DNA of 64,000 nt from Bacteroidota bacterium (GTDB lineage: Bacteria; Bacteroidota; Bacteroidia; Bacteroidales; GCA-2748055): assembly GCA_043797815.1 (NCBI GenBank), contig JAZDPG010000004.1, positions 25,442 to 89,441 of the forward strand, written 5' to 3'. A program made the position numbers and the translations under genes. This document shows, one piece after another, positions 19,681 to 29,941 of this stretch. The first letter of the stretch is position 1; each line of letters starts with the position of its first letter. The notes beneath the pieces are model-generated. The model searched no databases. It had not been told where the DNA came from and was given only the letters and a program-made list of their open reading frames with translations.

Positions 19681-20058
19681 ATGGGTAACCTGCGAATTCT
19701 GGTTGTTGATGATATTTATACCAACCGTTACCTGTTGTCTGAACTTATTAAAACAACAGGCAACGAGGTGGTGCTGGCCGAAAATGGACAACAGGCCATT
19801 GAAATTCTGAAAGCCCAGGAGATCCATCTGGTCTTTATGGATATTGAAATGCCGGTGATGAACGGGATCGAAACCACCCAGTACATCCGCAATAAGTTGC
19901 CATCGCCACTGAACGGTTTGCCGGTCATCGCACTTACTGCCCACAATCCCGAACTTTTCTTTGAAGACTACTCAGATGTAGGATTCGATGAGTTGATCAC
20001 CAAACCATATTCTGTGGAGAAAATCAGGCTGAAGATTCAGAATTTTGCCGGTATATAA
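19681..20058 (+). CDS. stand-alone response-regulator receiver protein
   Basis: ILVVDD...VFMDIEMPVMNG...ALTA...KP receiver signature. 125 aa with no output domain. Confidence 0.85.
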   Translation: MGNLRILVVDDIYTNRYLLSELIKTTGNEVVLAENGQQAIEILKAQEIHLVFMDIEMPVMNGIETTQYIRNKLPSPLNGLPVIALTAHNPELFFEDYSDVGFDELITKPYSVEKIRLKIQNFAGI

Positions 20059-20518
20059 GGCCCACGATCCTCTCCAGGTTCTTGCTATCCAGGTTGGAGA
20101 ATGCATCAGGACTATCTGAGTCCACATCAAATACGGCAGTAAGCGTCCCGTTATTATCTCTCACCGGCAGGGTCAGCTCCGACCGGGACCTGGAATCACA
20201 GGCAATATGTCCGGGAAAGTCGTGCACGTCCTTTACCAGGACTGGTTCATTTCGGTCTACAGCAGCCCAGCAAACACCCTGATGAGGTTCCAGTTCCTGG
20301 CAGGCAACCGGACCCTGGTAAGGTCCGACCACCAGCCGGCCTGACTTATAAAAGTAGAAGCCTGTCCAAAAAAAATGATCCATTTTATGGTGTAGCACCG
20401 CACAAATGGTTGACATCCGTGCCAGTGGATCATCGGTAAGGGCAGTCAGTGCCTCCAGTTGGGTATAAATCCTGCCATATCTTCCCTGCTTCTTTCGTTC
20501 GTCCATGATATAATGCAC
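20024..20518 (-). CDS. msrC: GAF-domain protein, free methionine-(R)-sulfoxide reductase-like
   Basis: GFYFY...VGPYQGPVAC and HIACDSRSRSEL motifs. The 3' end overlaps the receiver gene by 35 nt. Confidence 0.7.
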   Translation of the reverse strand: MHYIMDERKKQGRYGRIYTQLEALTALTDDPLARMSTICAVLHHKMDHFFWTGFYFYKSGRLVVGPYQGPVACQELEPHQGVCWAAVDRNEPVLVKDVHDFPGHIACDSRSRSELTLPVRDNNGTLTAVFDVDSDSPDAFSNLDSKNLERIVGLIYRQNSESSA

Positions 20519-20572
20519 TTTAACGGATTTAAAAATAGGATTTAATACTAACTTTGCCGCTTATTTTGGTGT

Positions 20573-22150
20573 ATGAAATTATCGGACGAAATTTCCCGAA
20601 GAAGAACCTTTGCCATTGTGAGTCATCCCGATGCCGGGAAAACTACGCTCACTGAAAAATTCCTCCTTTTCGGGGGGGCCATCAATGTAGCCGGTGCTGT
20701 TAAATCCAATAAGATAAGGAAGACTGCTACCTCCGATTTTATGGAGATTGAGAAGCAGCGCGGCATCTCGGTAGCCACTTCGGTCATGGGTTTCGAATAT
20801 GGTTCCAGGAAAATTAATATACTGGATACACCGGGTCACCAGGATTTTGCCGAAGATACATTCAGGACCCTTACCGCTGCAGACAGTGTGATCATCGTGA
20901 TCGATGCAGCCAAGGGTGTGGAGGCGCAGACACGCAAACTGATGAATGTGTGCCGAATGCGCAGTACGCCCGTGATGGTCTTTGTAAACAAACTGGACCG
21001 TCCCGCTCAGGATCCTTTCGAGTTGCTGGATGAGATCGAAAAGGAACTGGAGATCCATGTGCATCCGCTCAGCTGGCCGGTGGGGATGGGTGTTGAGTTC
21101 AAGGGAGTATACAACCGGTTCGAGTCCGTTTTCAGGTCTTTCAGCGGAAACAGCAAACAGACCATCGGGGAAATGGTGGAATTCAGGGATCTGCAAGATT
21201 CCCGGTTTAAAAAACAGATCGGTGACCATGCAAAGCGCCTGGAAGAAGAGCTTGAGCTGATTGGCGGCGTTTATCCGGAATTCGATCGTAATTCATACCT
21301 GGCCGGAAAGACTGCTCCGCTTTTTTTCGGAAGCGCACTGAATAATTTCGGGGTAAAGGATATCCTGGATTGCTTTATCCAGATTGCACCTTCTCCGGGT
21401 CCCGTTACCACACTCAGCCGGGTCATCGCTCCCGATGAAGATAAATTCTCTGGATTTGTATTTAAAATCCACGCCAACATGGATCCCAACCACCGGGACA
21501 GGATTGCTTTTATCAAGATTGCCTCAGGCGTGTTTGAAAGGAACAAAGGCTATGTACATGTGCGAACAGGCCGCCAGATGAAATTCGCCAATCCCACCTC
21601 CTTTATGGCTGAAAAGAAATCAGTGGTTGAAAAGGCTTATCCTGGAGACATCGTCGGGGTCCACGACACCGGGAACTTCAAGATCGGGGATTCGGTGACT
21701 GAGGGTGAGAAGCTGCAGTTCCAGGGAATGCCCTCCTTCTCACCGGAAATGTTCCGTTATGTGGAAAATGACGATCCCATGAAGTTCAAGCAGCTTTCAA
21801 AGGGACTTGTCCAGCTGATGGATGAAGGTGTGGCGCAGCTGTTTGTCAGCGTTGGAAATGGACGAAAGATCATTGGTACCGTAGGGGCCCTTCAGTTTGA
21901 TGTGATCCAGTACAGGCTGGAACATGAGTACGGAGCCAGGTGCCGTTATGAGCTGCTGCCCATGTACAAGGCCTGCTGGATTGAGACAGATCACGCAGGG
22001 AAACTGAAAGATTTCAGGCTGAGAAAATACCAGCAACTTGCCACCGACAAAGCGGGCAGGGAGGTTTATATGGCAGAATCACCCTATGCCCTGCAGATGG
22101 CCCAGGAGAAATTTCCTGAGATCACCTTTCATTTCAATTCAGAGTTCTAG
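20573..22150 (+). CDS. prfC: peptide chain release factor 3
   Basis: RRTFAIVSHPDAGKTTLTEK, DTPGHQDF and NKLD GTPase motifs, with RF3 length. Confidence 0.9.
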   Translation: MKLSDEISRRRTFAIVSHPDAGKTTLTEKFLLFGGAINVAGAVKSNKIRKTATSDFMEIEKQRGISVATSVMGFEYGSRKINILDTPGHQDFAEDTFRTLTAADSVIIVIDAAKGVEAQTRKLMNVCRMRSTPVMVFVNKLDRPAQDPFELLDEIEKELEIHVHPLSWPVGMGVEFKGVYNRFESVFRSFSGNSKQTIGEMVEFRDLQDSRFKKQIGDHAKRLEEELELIGGVYPEFDRNSYLAGKTAPLFFGSALNNFGVKDILDCFIQIAPSPGPVTTLSRVIAPDEDKFSGFVFKIHANMDPNHRDRIAFIKIASGVFERNKGYVHVRTGRQMKFANPTSFMAEKKSVVEKAYPGDIVGVHDTGNFKIGDSVTEGEKLQFQGMPSFSPEMFRYVENDDPMKFKQLSKGLVQLMDEGVAQLFVSVGNGRKIIGTVGALQFDVIQYRLEHEYGARCRYELLPMYKACWIETDHAGKLKDFRLRKYQQLATDKAGREVYMAESPYALQMAQEKFPEITFHFNSEF

Positions 22151-22197
22151 CTCCGGAAGTCTTGCTTTTGACAAAATTGGACATAACATTATAGAAG

Positions 22198-23232
22198 ATG
22201 AAAGAAAACAGGCGCGGATTTGCATCCGACAACAATGCCGGGGTCCATCCCTCCATTTTGAAGGCGATGGTTTCGGCGAATGAAGGCCACGTAATTGCTT
22301 ACGGAGAAGATCCTTACACCGTGAAAGCCATCCGCAGGATGAAGGATATGTTTGGCGGAGCGTGTGAGGTCTTTTTTGTATTTATCGGGACAGCTGCCAA
22401 TGTCCTGGGCCTGTCGGCCGCTACAGAATCACACCATGCAGTCATATGCCCCGGTACAGCACATATTCATGTGGATGAATGTGGTGCTCCCGAGAAATTT
22501 ACCGGTTGTAAATTACTGACCGTTCCCACAATGGATGGAAAGATGACGGTGGATATGGTAAGAACACACATGCATGGCATTGGTTTTGAACACCATGTAC
22601 AACCCAGGGTCCTGTCCATTACCCAATCCACGGAACTTGGAACGGTGTATACATTGGAAGAGATCCGGAAAATCTCTGCGTTTGCCCACCAAAACCAAAT
22701 GATCGTCCATATGGATGGCGCCAGGATCAGCAACGCCGCTGTGGCACTGGATGCTGATTTTTATAAGATGACCGGCGGGGCCGGGGTGGATATCCTTTCG
22801 TTCGGGGGAACCAAAAACGGCATGATGTATGGGGAAGCGGTGGTGTTTTTCGACCGGGGCCTGGCCGGCAACTTCAGGTACCGAAGGAAGCAGGGTATGC
22901 AGCTGGCTTCCAAAATGAGATATATTGCCACCCAATTCGATGCCTTTCTTGAAAATGATCTCTGGAGATCAAATGCCCTGCATGCCAATGCAATGGCTCT
23001 GAAGCTGTATGAAGCTGTCCGGGATATACCAGGTTTGGAAGTAACGCAGAAAGTGGAGTCAAACGCTGTGTTTGCAACCATCCCAGCAGAAATTATTCCC
23101 CTGCTTCAGGAGCAATACTTCTTTTATGTATGGGATGAGGAGCGTTCGGAGGTCAGATGGATGTGCTCATTTGATACCACAGAGGAGGATATCAACGGAT
23201 TTGTCACGCTTCTAAAATCCCTTATGACCTGA
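22198..23232 (+). CDS. ltaE: low-specificity threonine aldolase family (PLP)
   Basis: FASDN N-terminus and the GGTKNG PLP-lysine motif. Confidence 0.8.
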   Translation: MKENRRGFASDNNAGVHPSILKAMVSANEGHVIAYGEDPYTVKAIRRMKDMFGGACEVFFVFIGTAANVLGLSAATESHHAVICPGTAHIHVDECGAPEKFTGCKLLTVPTMDGKMTVDMVRTHMHGIGFEHHVQPRVLSITQSTELGTVYTLEEIRKISAFAHQNQMIVHMDGARISNAAVALDADFYKMTGGAGVDILSFGGTKNGMMYGEAVVFFDRGLAGNFRYRRKQGMQLASKMRYIATQFDAFLENDLWRSNALHANAMALKLYEAVRDIPGLEVTQKVESNAVFATIPAEIIPLLQEQYFFYVWDEERSEVRWMCSFDTTEEDINGFVTLLKSLMT

Positions 23233-24468
23233 TCAGATGGATTCGGGAAGCAGCATGGAGCTGTCCCCGTAACTAAGAAAACGATAATTGTTCTCCATGG
23301 CTTCCCTGTAAACCTTTTTCCAATCCTCTCCAATCAGGGCAGCAATCAGAAGCAAAAGTGTGCTACCCGGCATATGAAAATTGGTGATCAGGCCCCTGAT
23401 GGTCCTGAAACGGTATCCTGGAACGATCATCAGGCTGGTGGAAAACCGGAACTGGTTAATCCCGCTGATTTGACAGAAACCGATCAGTGCGCCAAGGCTC
23501 TCCTGAAGCGTGATATCCTGTGGAAGCATATCATTTTCCCACTGTTTGAATTCGGTAAGTACAGGATGAAGTGATTTCCCTGAAAGGAGTCTTACACCAA
23601 GCCAGTAAAGGGTCTCCAGGCTCCTGGTAGAGGTAGTTCCTACGGCAAGCGGAGCTGTTTCTCTGCCTGCCCATGCCTCCAGGAATTTCTTTGAAACCAG
23701 AACTGTTTCGGCATGCATGGCGTGATGCCTTGCATTTTCCTGTTTGACGGGCACAAAGGTGCCTGCGCCCACGTGCAGGGTTAGTTCACAGGTTTCAATC
23801 CCCTGGTCTTTCAGTTGCTTCATCATCCTTGTGGTAAAATGCAGGCCGGCGGTAGGGGCAGCCACCGACCCGGGATCCCGGCTGTAAACAGTCTGGTAAC
23901 GGACCTTGTCCGATTCTTCTGCTTTTCTGTTCAGATAGGGGGGTATGGGTGTGGAACCGGCGCTTTCGATAATCTCACTGAAAACACACTGTTCTGCATC
24001 CCATTCGAACCTTACTATAAAACTGTCTCCTTCGGCCTTCATGGCGGTCGCATTCAGAACCACATCCTTGCCCGATACCCTGGTTTGAAGCGAGACACTG
24101 CCTGATTTCCATTTTTTTGCATTTCCGACCATACATTTCCATGTGCAGCTCCTTGTGGATTCAAAGGACATCTGGTATTCGGCAGGCTTCACCGGTTCAA
24201 GGCAAAAAACCTCAATTCGTGCTCCGGTGGGTTTGTGAAAAGTGAGTCTGGCCTGGATCACTTTGGTATTGTTAAATACCAGCCAGGAGCCCTCAGGAAG
24301 CAGGACGGGAAGCTCATAAAACTTCCTGTGCCCCACCATACCCTTCTTATACACCAGTAGTTTGGATTGTTCCCGGTCTTGTAATGGATACCTGGCAATG
24401 GCCGACTGGGGCAAATGGTAACGGTACTGATCGATGAAAATTTGGTCGGTGCCTGTCATTGAAATCAA
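23233..24468 (-). CDS. queA: S-adenosylmethionine:tRNA ribosyltransferase-isomerase
   Basis: YRYHLPQSAIARYPL, TPIPPYL and AAPTAGLHFT motifs. It is longer than typical QueA, with extra internal sequence. Confidence 0.85.
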   Translation of the reverse strand: MISMTGTDQIFIDQYRYHLPQSAIARYPLQDREQSKLLVYKKGMVGHRKFYELPVLLPEGSWLVFNNTKVIQARLTFHKPTGARIEVFCLEPVKPAEYQMSFESTRSCTWKCMVGNAKKWKSGSVSLQTRVSGKDVVLNATAMKAEGDSFIVRFEWDAEQCVFSEIIESAGSTPIPPYLNRKAEESDKVRYQTVYSRDPGSVAAPTAGLHFTTRMMKQLKDQGIETCELTLHVGAGTFVPVKQENARHHAMHAETVLVSKKFLEAWAGRETAPLAVGTTSTRSLETLYWLGVRLLSGKSLHPVLTEFKQWENDMLPQDITLQESLGALIGFCQISGINQFRFSTSLMIVPGYRFRTIRGLITNFHMPGSTLLLLIAALIGEDWKKVYREAMENNYRFLSYGDSSMLLPESI

Positions 24469-24514
24469 TCAAGTCCGCAAAATTAGCTAATTTTGCAAAG
24501 ATCTTTGACATTTG

Positions 24515-24847
24515 ACAGCAGTTGGCTCTGTCGCTGCAGGTACATTTCACCCTGCAGAGGAAAGTCCGGGCAGCAAAGGGTGCCGCACTGTTGAAAAACA
24601 GGTATCTGCGAAGGTAGGGTAACAAAGAAGAAAACAACCGCCCTCGATGAGGGTAAGGGTGAGAAGGTGGGGTAAGAGCCCACCAGTGCAGCGGGTGACT
24701 GTTGCAGCTGTTTGTCCTGCGGGCTGTAAGGCCATGTATACCGGCGTTAAAAAAGCTACCCGCTTCTGCCGGGGGGTAGGCCGCTTAGAAAAATGACAGG
24801 GATCCTGTTTATTCAGGATACAGAACCTGGCTTATACAACTGCTGTT
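24515..24847 (+). ncRNA. rnpB: RNase P RNA, bacterial type A
   Basis: Universal P4 strands GAGGAAAGTCCGGGC (about 24548-24562) and ACAGAACCTGGCTTA (about 24821-24835). P1 pairing of ACAGCAGTTG (24515-24524) with CAACTGCTGT (24837-24846). Confidence 0.85.
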
Positions 24848-24853
24848 TTAAAA

Positions 24854-24896
24854 AAGGTTGTTTCAGTACATTGCTGGGACAACCTTTTTATTTTTC
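24854..24896. terminator. bidirectional intrinsic terminator (rnpB on +, kdsA on -)
   Basis: Long stem AAAGGTTGTTTCAG / CTGGGACAACCTTT, flanked by an A-run (24851-24856) and a T-run (24886-24896). Confidence 0.7.
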
Positions 24897-24916
24897 AGCG
24901 TGTTGCTCATACAGGA

Positions 24917-25783
24917 TCAACTGGTTTTGCGGTTCCCTGAACGGATATGTATGAATGTCTCTCTGAGCTGAACCAGTTGGAGCATCAGCCCGTCAAGCTG
25001 TGAAAGGGGCAGCATGTTGGATCCGTCAGAAAGGGCTGAAGGCGGGTCCGGATGGGTTTCAATAAATATTCCGTCCGCACCTGCAGCAATTCCCGTCCTG
25101 GCCATATGCCCGATGAGTGCCGGTGTTCCTCCTGTAATGCCAGACTGCTGGTTGGGTTGCTGCAATGAATGGGTCACATCCAGGATCACAGGTACCCCGA
25201 GCTGCTGCATAACAGGGATTCCCCGGAAATCAACCACCAGGTCCTGGTATCCGAATGTGGTGCCCCGTTCCGTGATCATTACTTTCCGATTCCCTGACCC
25301 GGTGACCTTATCCACAGCAAATTTCATTGCATCTGGTGCAAGAAACTGACCCTTCTTGACCGAAACGGTCTTCCCGGTTTTTGCACAGGCCACAAGCAGA
25401 TCCGTCTGTCTGCACAAAAACGCCGGAATCTGAAGCACATCAACAAACTGAGCCGCCATACCAGCTTCTTCCGGGCTATGAACATCAGTGATCACGGGAA
25501 TGCCGAAGGTCTCCCTGACCTCGGCCAGGATCTTCAGAGCCTTTTCATCTCCGATCCCCCTGAATGAATCCAGGCGTGACCGGTTTGCTTTCCGGTAGGA
25601 AGCCTTAAAGACATAGGGGATTTTGTAGCGGTCACTGATCCCGCTGATGACCCTGGCAATATCCAGTGCCATTTCACGGCCTTCGACCACACAAGGTCCT
25701 GCGATCAACAGGAAATTGTCTCCGGCTGTATGGCGGAGGGAGGGGATCAGCGAACTCAGGTCTGGTAATTTATTTCTTTCCAT
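24917..25783 (-). CDS. kdsA: 3-deoxy-8-phosphooctulonate (KDO8P) synthase
   Basis: LLIAGPCVVE start and the KASYRKANRS and DVTHSLQ motifs. Confidence 0.9.
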   Translation of the reverse strand: MERNKLPDLSSLIPSLRHTAGDNFLLIAGPCVVEGREMALDIARVISGISDRYKIPYVFKASYRKANRSRLDSFRGIGDEKALKILAEVRETFGIPVITDVHSPEEAGMAAQFVDVLQIPAFLCRQTDLLVACAKTGKTVSVKKGQFLAPDAMKFAVDKVTGSGNRKVMITERGTTFGYQDLVVDFRGIPVMQQLGVPVILDVTHSLQQPNQQSGITGGTPALIGHMARTGIAAGADGIFIETHPDPPSALSDGSNMLPLSQLDGLMLQLVQLRETFIHIRSGNRKTS

Positions 25784-27095
25784 AGGTTTTCATCTCTTGC
25801 CACAACCTTTCAAGACGTTTGCGGATCTCATCTTCCCTGGGATTGTCCGCAGGAGTAAATATCTGCTGGTTGTTCAATTGCTCCGGAAGATAATGATCCT
25901 TTACAAAATGGTCTTCATAGCTGTGGGCATATTTATAATCCTTGCCATAGCCCAGGTCTTTCATCAGTGCCGTAGGGGCATTCCTTAAATGAAGGGGAAC
26001 AGGCACATTGCCGGTCTTACGAACAATGTCCATGGCCAGATTGATGGCTGCATAGGCTGAATTGCTTTTGGGTGATGTGGCAAGATAAATACTTGTCTCA
26101 GAGAGAATGATACGGGCTTCCGGCATCCCGATCATGTGAACTGCCTGAAAACAGTTGGTTGCCATCAGCAGGGCATTGGGATTGGCAAGGCCGATATCTT
26201 CCGATGCCAGAATCACCAGCCTTCTGGCAATAAACTTTATATCCTCGCCTCCCTCAAGCATCCTTGCCAGCCAGTAAACAGCTGCATCCGGATCACTTCC
26301 ACGTACCGATTTGATGAATGCAGAAATGATGTCGTAATGCATCTCCCCATTCTTGTCATAAATGGCCATGTTCTCCTGGAGGCGCTCTTTTACCTGGTCG
26401 TTGGTGATGGTAATTTGACGGTCCGGGCTGAATGCCTGATCGGAGGCCTCTGACTTGATTACCAGTTCCAGAGTATTCAGTAACTTCCGGGCATCCCCTC
26501 CTGAATACTGAAGTATGGCCTCGTGCTCCTTCACCTCCACCTTCAGTTTCTTCAGATAAACATCCTTTTGGAGTGCCCGCTGGATCATCTGCATCAGGTC
26601 AGCCCGTGTAAGCCCGTTCAGAATATAAACCTGGCACCTTGACAGAAGCGGTGAAATCACTTCGAAGGAAGGATTTTCAGTGGTAGCACCAATCAGGGTG
26701 ACAATTCCTGTTTCCACTGCCCCAAGCAAAGAATCCTGCTGGGATTTGCTGAAGCGGTGTATCTCATCGATAAACAGAACAGGATTGGGTTTGTTGAAAA
26801 ATTGCAGCTTCTTTGCCTTCTCAATGGTCTCTCTCACATCTTTTACGCCGGAATGCACCGCACTAAGGCTGTAGAAGGGCCGGTCCATCTGTTTTGAGAT
26901 AATTGAGGCCAGGGTGGTCTTTCCCACACCCGGAGGTCCCCAAAGAATAAATGAACTTAGGGAACCTGAATGCAACATCTTGCGTATAACTGCACCGGGA
27001 CCAACCAAATGCTCCTGGCCAATGAACTCATCGAGCGTTCCGGGACGCAAACGGTCAGCCAGCGGCTGGTTGGGAAAAATGAATCCTGGAGCCAT
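25770..27095 (-). CDS. rarA: replication-associated recombination protein A (AAA+)
   Basis: Walker A GPPGVGKTTLA, Walker B FIDEIHRFSKSQQD, and a MgsA-type C-terminus. Overlaps kdsA by 14 nt. Confidence 0.9.
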   Translation of the reverse strand: MAPGFIFPNQPLADRLRPGTLDEFIGQEHLVGPGAVIRKMLHSGSLSSFILWGPPGVGKTTLASIISKQMDRPFYSLSAVHSGVKDVRETIEKAKKLQFFNKPNPVLFIDEIHRFSKSQQDSLLGAVETGIVTLIGATTENPSFEVISPLLSRCQVYILNGLTRADLMQMIQRALQKDVYLKKLKVEVKEHEAILQYSGGDARKLLNTLELVIKSEASDQAFSPDRQITITNDQVKERLQENMAIYDKNGEMHYDIISAFIKSVRGSDPDAAVYWLARMLEGGEDIKFIARRLVILASEDIGLANPNALLMATNCFQAVHMIGMPEARIILSETSIYLATSPKSNSAYAAINLAMDIVRKTGNVPVPLHLRNAPTALMKDLGYGKDYKYAHSYEDHFVKDHYLPEQLNNQQIFTPADNPREDEIRKRLERLWQEMKTYGKK

Positions 27096-27144
27096 GATGA
27101 CAAATTTAGTTTTTTTATTTTTGCTAATTAAACAAGGCTGAGAT

Positions 27145-28245
27145 ATGAAAAAGATAACAAGCAGATGGTTGATTATTCTCCTGGCATTGAACCTGGTAGC
27201 AGCAAACCCGGTCAGGGGTCAGATGCCGGGGCTGGACTTTGTATATGGAGGTGTGGAAGATGCTGAAAAGATTTTGCAGGCCTACCTGGAACCATTTGCA
27301 AATATCCTCGGCTCTGACCTGAATGCGGGATGGTACAATACTGCCAGGCCACACCAGCTTGGGGGACTGGATATTACAGCCACGGTAAGCTGGGCCAAAG
27401 CCCCCTCAGGCCTGTTGGTATTTGACATGGCTGCACTGGATTTAAACGGGAATATGGAACCGGGTGCCTCCACAATGGCCCCCACTGTTTCCGGGGATAT
27501 GGATGACAGGCCCGCACTCACTTACAGCGAGACTGTGGATCTGGGGGGTGGAAACCTGCAGGATATTGAATATGCAAAATTTGCCCTGCCCAATGGAACC
27601 GGGATTGATTTTTTCCCGCTCCCCATGGGACAACTTTCAGTGGGACTGCCTTTCGGTACTGATGTCTCAGCCCGCTTTATTCCCATGATTCAATTGGGCG
27701 ATTACGGCGAGATCGGACTCTGGGGTGTGGGAGGGAAGCATTCTGTTTCCCAGTGGATTCCCGGTATAAAAAATTTGAAATTCCTGGATATTGCTGTCCA
27801 GGGAGGGTATACAAAAGTCACTTCATCAGCCAATGTGAATGTGGAACCGCTGGATATGGACGGTTTGGTGGACCCGGATCCCAATTTTGACTGGGATGAC
27901 CAGTTCGTGGTTCAGGAGGTGGCCGGATGGACCCTGAACCTGATCACCTCACAGACCATCTCCGTACTCACTGTCTATGAAGGGATCGGCTATGCCAATT
28001 CCCAGGTGGAGATGGCACTCCATGGGCATTATCCCATTCCTGCTGTCATTACCGGGGGAGAAAATACCGGGAAACCTACCTATGAAATCGTGGAAGATCC
28101 CTTTGAGCTCAATTACGAAAACCTCAACAACCTGCGACTGAACATCGGTGTCAGGATCAAGCTGAGCGTATTTACGCTGCATTACGATTTCACCCACACA
28201 CTCTATGCAACACATTCTGTGGGCATAGGTGTTTCATTCAGGTAG
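27145..28245 (+). CDS. hypothetical exported, probably outer-membrane beta-barrel protein
   Basis: Signal peptide, alternating beta-like pattern, C-terminal ...GIGVSFR. No family recognised. Confidence 0.4.
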   Translation: MKKITSRWLIILLALNLVAANPVRGQMPGLDFVYGGVEDAEKILQAYLEPFANILGSDLNAGWYNTARPHQLGGLDITATVSWAKAPSGLLVFDMAALDLNGNMEPGASTMAPTVSGDMDDRPALTYSETVDLGGGNLQDIEYAKFALPNGTGIDFFPLPMGQLSVGLPFGTDVSARFIPMIQLGDYGEIGLWGVGGKHSVSQWIPGIKNLKFLDIAVQGGYTKVTSSANVNVEPLDMDGLVDPDPNFDWDDQFVVQEVAGWTLNLITSQTISVLTVYEGIGYANSQVEMALHGHYPIPAVITGGENTGKPTYEIVEDPFELNYENLNNLRLNIGVRIKLSVFTLHYDFTHTLYATHSVGIGVSFR

Positions 28246-28267
28246 ATTGCTGCAGAGCGGTTCAGCA

Positions 28268-29869
28268 TCAGAATCCGTTCAGTCTGATGGTTACTGTAGG
28301 AATCAGCAACAGCCATCCCAGGATAATCAGCAGGATCATGAAAGGCAGGACCCACCGGAGCCATTTTTCATAAGGAATCCTGGCCACACCCAGTACACCG
28401 ATCAATACCGCAGAGGTCGGTGTAATCATGTTGGTAAAACCGTCCCCCAGCTGGAAAGCCATCACTGTAGCCTGCCTTGAAACTCCGATCAGGTCGGAGA
28501 ATTGCGACATGATTGGCATGGTCAAAGCGGCTTTGGCCGAACCACTGGGGATCACCACATTGATCATGGTCTGAATCAGGTACATCATGCTTACCGATGC
28601 CAGCTTTCCAAACTCCTGCATGGATTGGGCCATCTGGTAGAGCAATGAGTCAATCACCTTACCGTCTTCCAGGATCACAAGGATTCCCCCCGCCAGACCC
28701 ACAACCACTGCTGCTGAGAGAATATCCCTCATGCCCTCGATAAAAAGCTTTGTGATCCGGTTGGCGCCCTGGCTCATGGCAATACCAGAGAAAATACCCA
28801 TAACAAAGAAGAGGGTAGCAATTTCCTTCACAAACCACCCATATCCCATCACCCCGATGATCAGATAGACAATCGTAAAAGCCAGCAGGTTCAGAATGAA
28901 AAAATGAACCGATTTGCGAAGTGAAAAAATGCTGGTGATGGCAAACAGTCCGGCTGTGAGAGGCAGGAACCAGAAAGTGTATTCACTGTTTCCAATGCGC
29001 AGGGTGGTGGAGGGTTCAAAAACTGCAAATACCACCATTCCGGCCAGCAGGATGAAGAATGTGATCCAGGCCGAAACCGGTGTGTGGTATTGAAGTGAAT
29101 TCAGATCCACGTGCTCCTTGTCCCTCCAGTACCCATCTGAGTGGTACACAGGAGACCGATTCGCATTTTTCTTAATTCTTGAAGCATACCGGAGTACCCA
29201 GCCTACGCCAACCACATTGATTACCAGCCATACGAAAAGTCTGTATTCAATACCGGAAAAGAGCGGAAGGTTTGAAAGTCCCTGAGCAATGCCGATGGTG
29301 AAAGGATTTAACAGGCCGCCTGCAAATCCCAGACCCGCTCCAACGAAACACATGCTAACACCCACGATGGAGTCATACCCCATGGAAATGGCCAGGGGGA
29401 CAAAGATGATAATGAACGCGATGGTTTCTTCGCTCATCCCAAATGTTGCTCCAAATGCGCTAAATACGAGCATGATCAGGGTAATAATCATATTGTCGAC
29501 ACCGATCAGCCTGAAAATCCGGATTTTTTCAAGCCTTTTTACCTTCAACAGGAAAGACTGGATTCCCACATCGATGGCTTTGCTGTCGTTCATGATCCAG
29601 AATGCACCCCCGATGATCAGGATGAAAACGATGATGTCTGCCTTCCCTGCAAACCCGTCAAAAAGGGCACTGAAAACCTGCCAGGTCTGGGGGGCTTTTT
29701 CTGATGAATGAAACGATCCTTCAATGATTACCTCCCTGGGGGTACCGTTCACATCAATGGTTTTCCTCTCAAATTCTCCACCCGGCAGAATCCAGGTCAG
29801 CAGGGCCGCACCGATGATAAGTGCAAATATAATCACATAGGTATGAGGGATTGCGATCCTTCTTGACAT
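28268..29869 (-). CDS. YfcC/DcuC-like anaerobic C4-dicarboxylate/basic amino acid carrier family membrane protein
   Basis: Polytopic protein with a start typical of YfcC-like proteins (RIAIPHTYVIIFALII...WILPGGEF). I prefer ATG 29869 over the track start 29938. Confidence 0.7.
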   Translation of the reverse strand: MSRRIAIPHTYVIIFALIIGAALLTWILPGGEFERKTIDVNGTPREVIIEGSFHSSEKAPQTWQVFSALFDGFAGKADIIVFILIIGGAFWIMNDSKAIDVGIQSFLLKVKRLEKIRIFRLIGVDNMIITLIMLVFSAFGATFGMSEETIAFIIIFVPLAISMGYDSIVGVSMCFVGAGLGFAGGLLNPFTIGIAQGLSNLPLFSGIEYRLFVWLVINVVGVGWVLRYASRIKKNANRSPVYHSDGYWRDKEHVDLNSLQYHTPVSAWITFFILLAGMVVFAVFEPSTTLRIGNSEYTFWFLPLTAGLFAITSIFSLRKSVHFFILNLLAFTIVYLIIGVMGYGWFVKEIATLFFVMGIFSGIAMSQGANRITKLFIEGMRDILSAAVVVGLAGGILVILEDGKVIDSLLYQMAQSMQEFGKLASVSMMYLIQTMINVVIPSGSAKAALTMPIMSQFSDLIGVSRQATVMAFQLGDGFTNMITPTSAVLIGVLGVARIPYEKWLRWVLPFMILLIILGWLLLIPTVTIRLNGF

Positions 29870-29941
29870 GACAGGTTTTTTAAAAACACCCCACAAAGTA
29901 TTAAAATTTCTTATTTTTAAAGCCCGAAAACTTGCCACGGC

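Noticed and set aside
20024-20058. 35-nt convergent overlap of the receiver gene and the GAF (msrC-like) gene as a regulatory antisense arrangement
   Set aside because: It could simply reflect compact 3' ends or a slightly mis-set stop context. There is no supporting structure or motif. It is noted but not worth a claim without transcript data.
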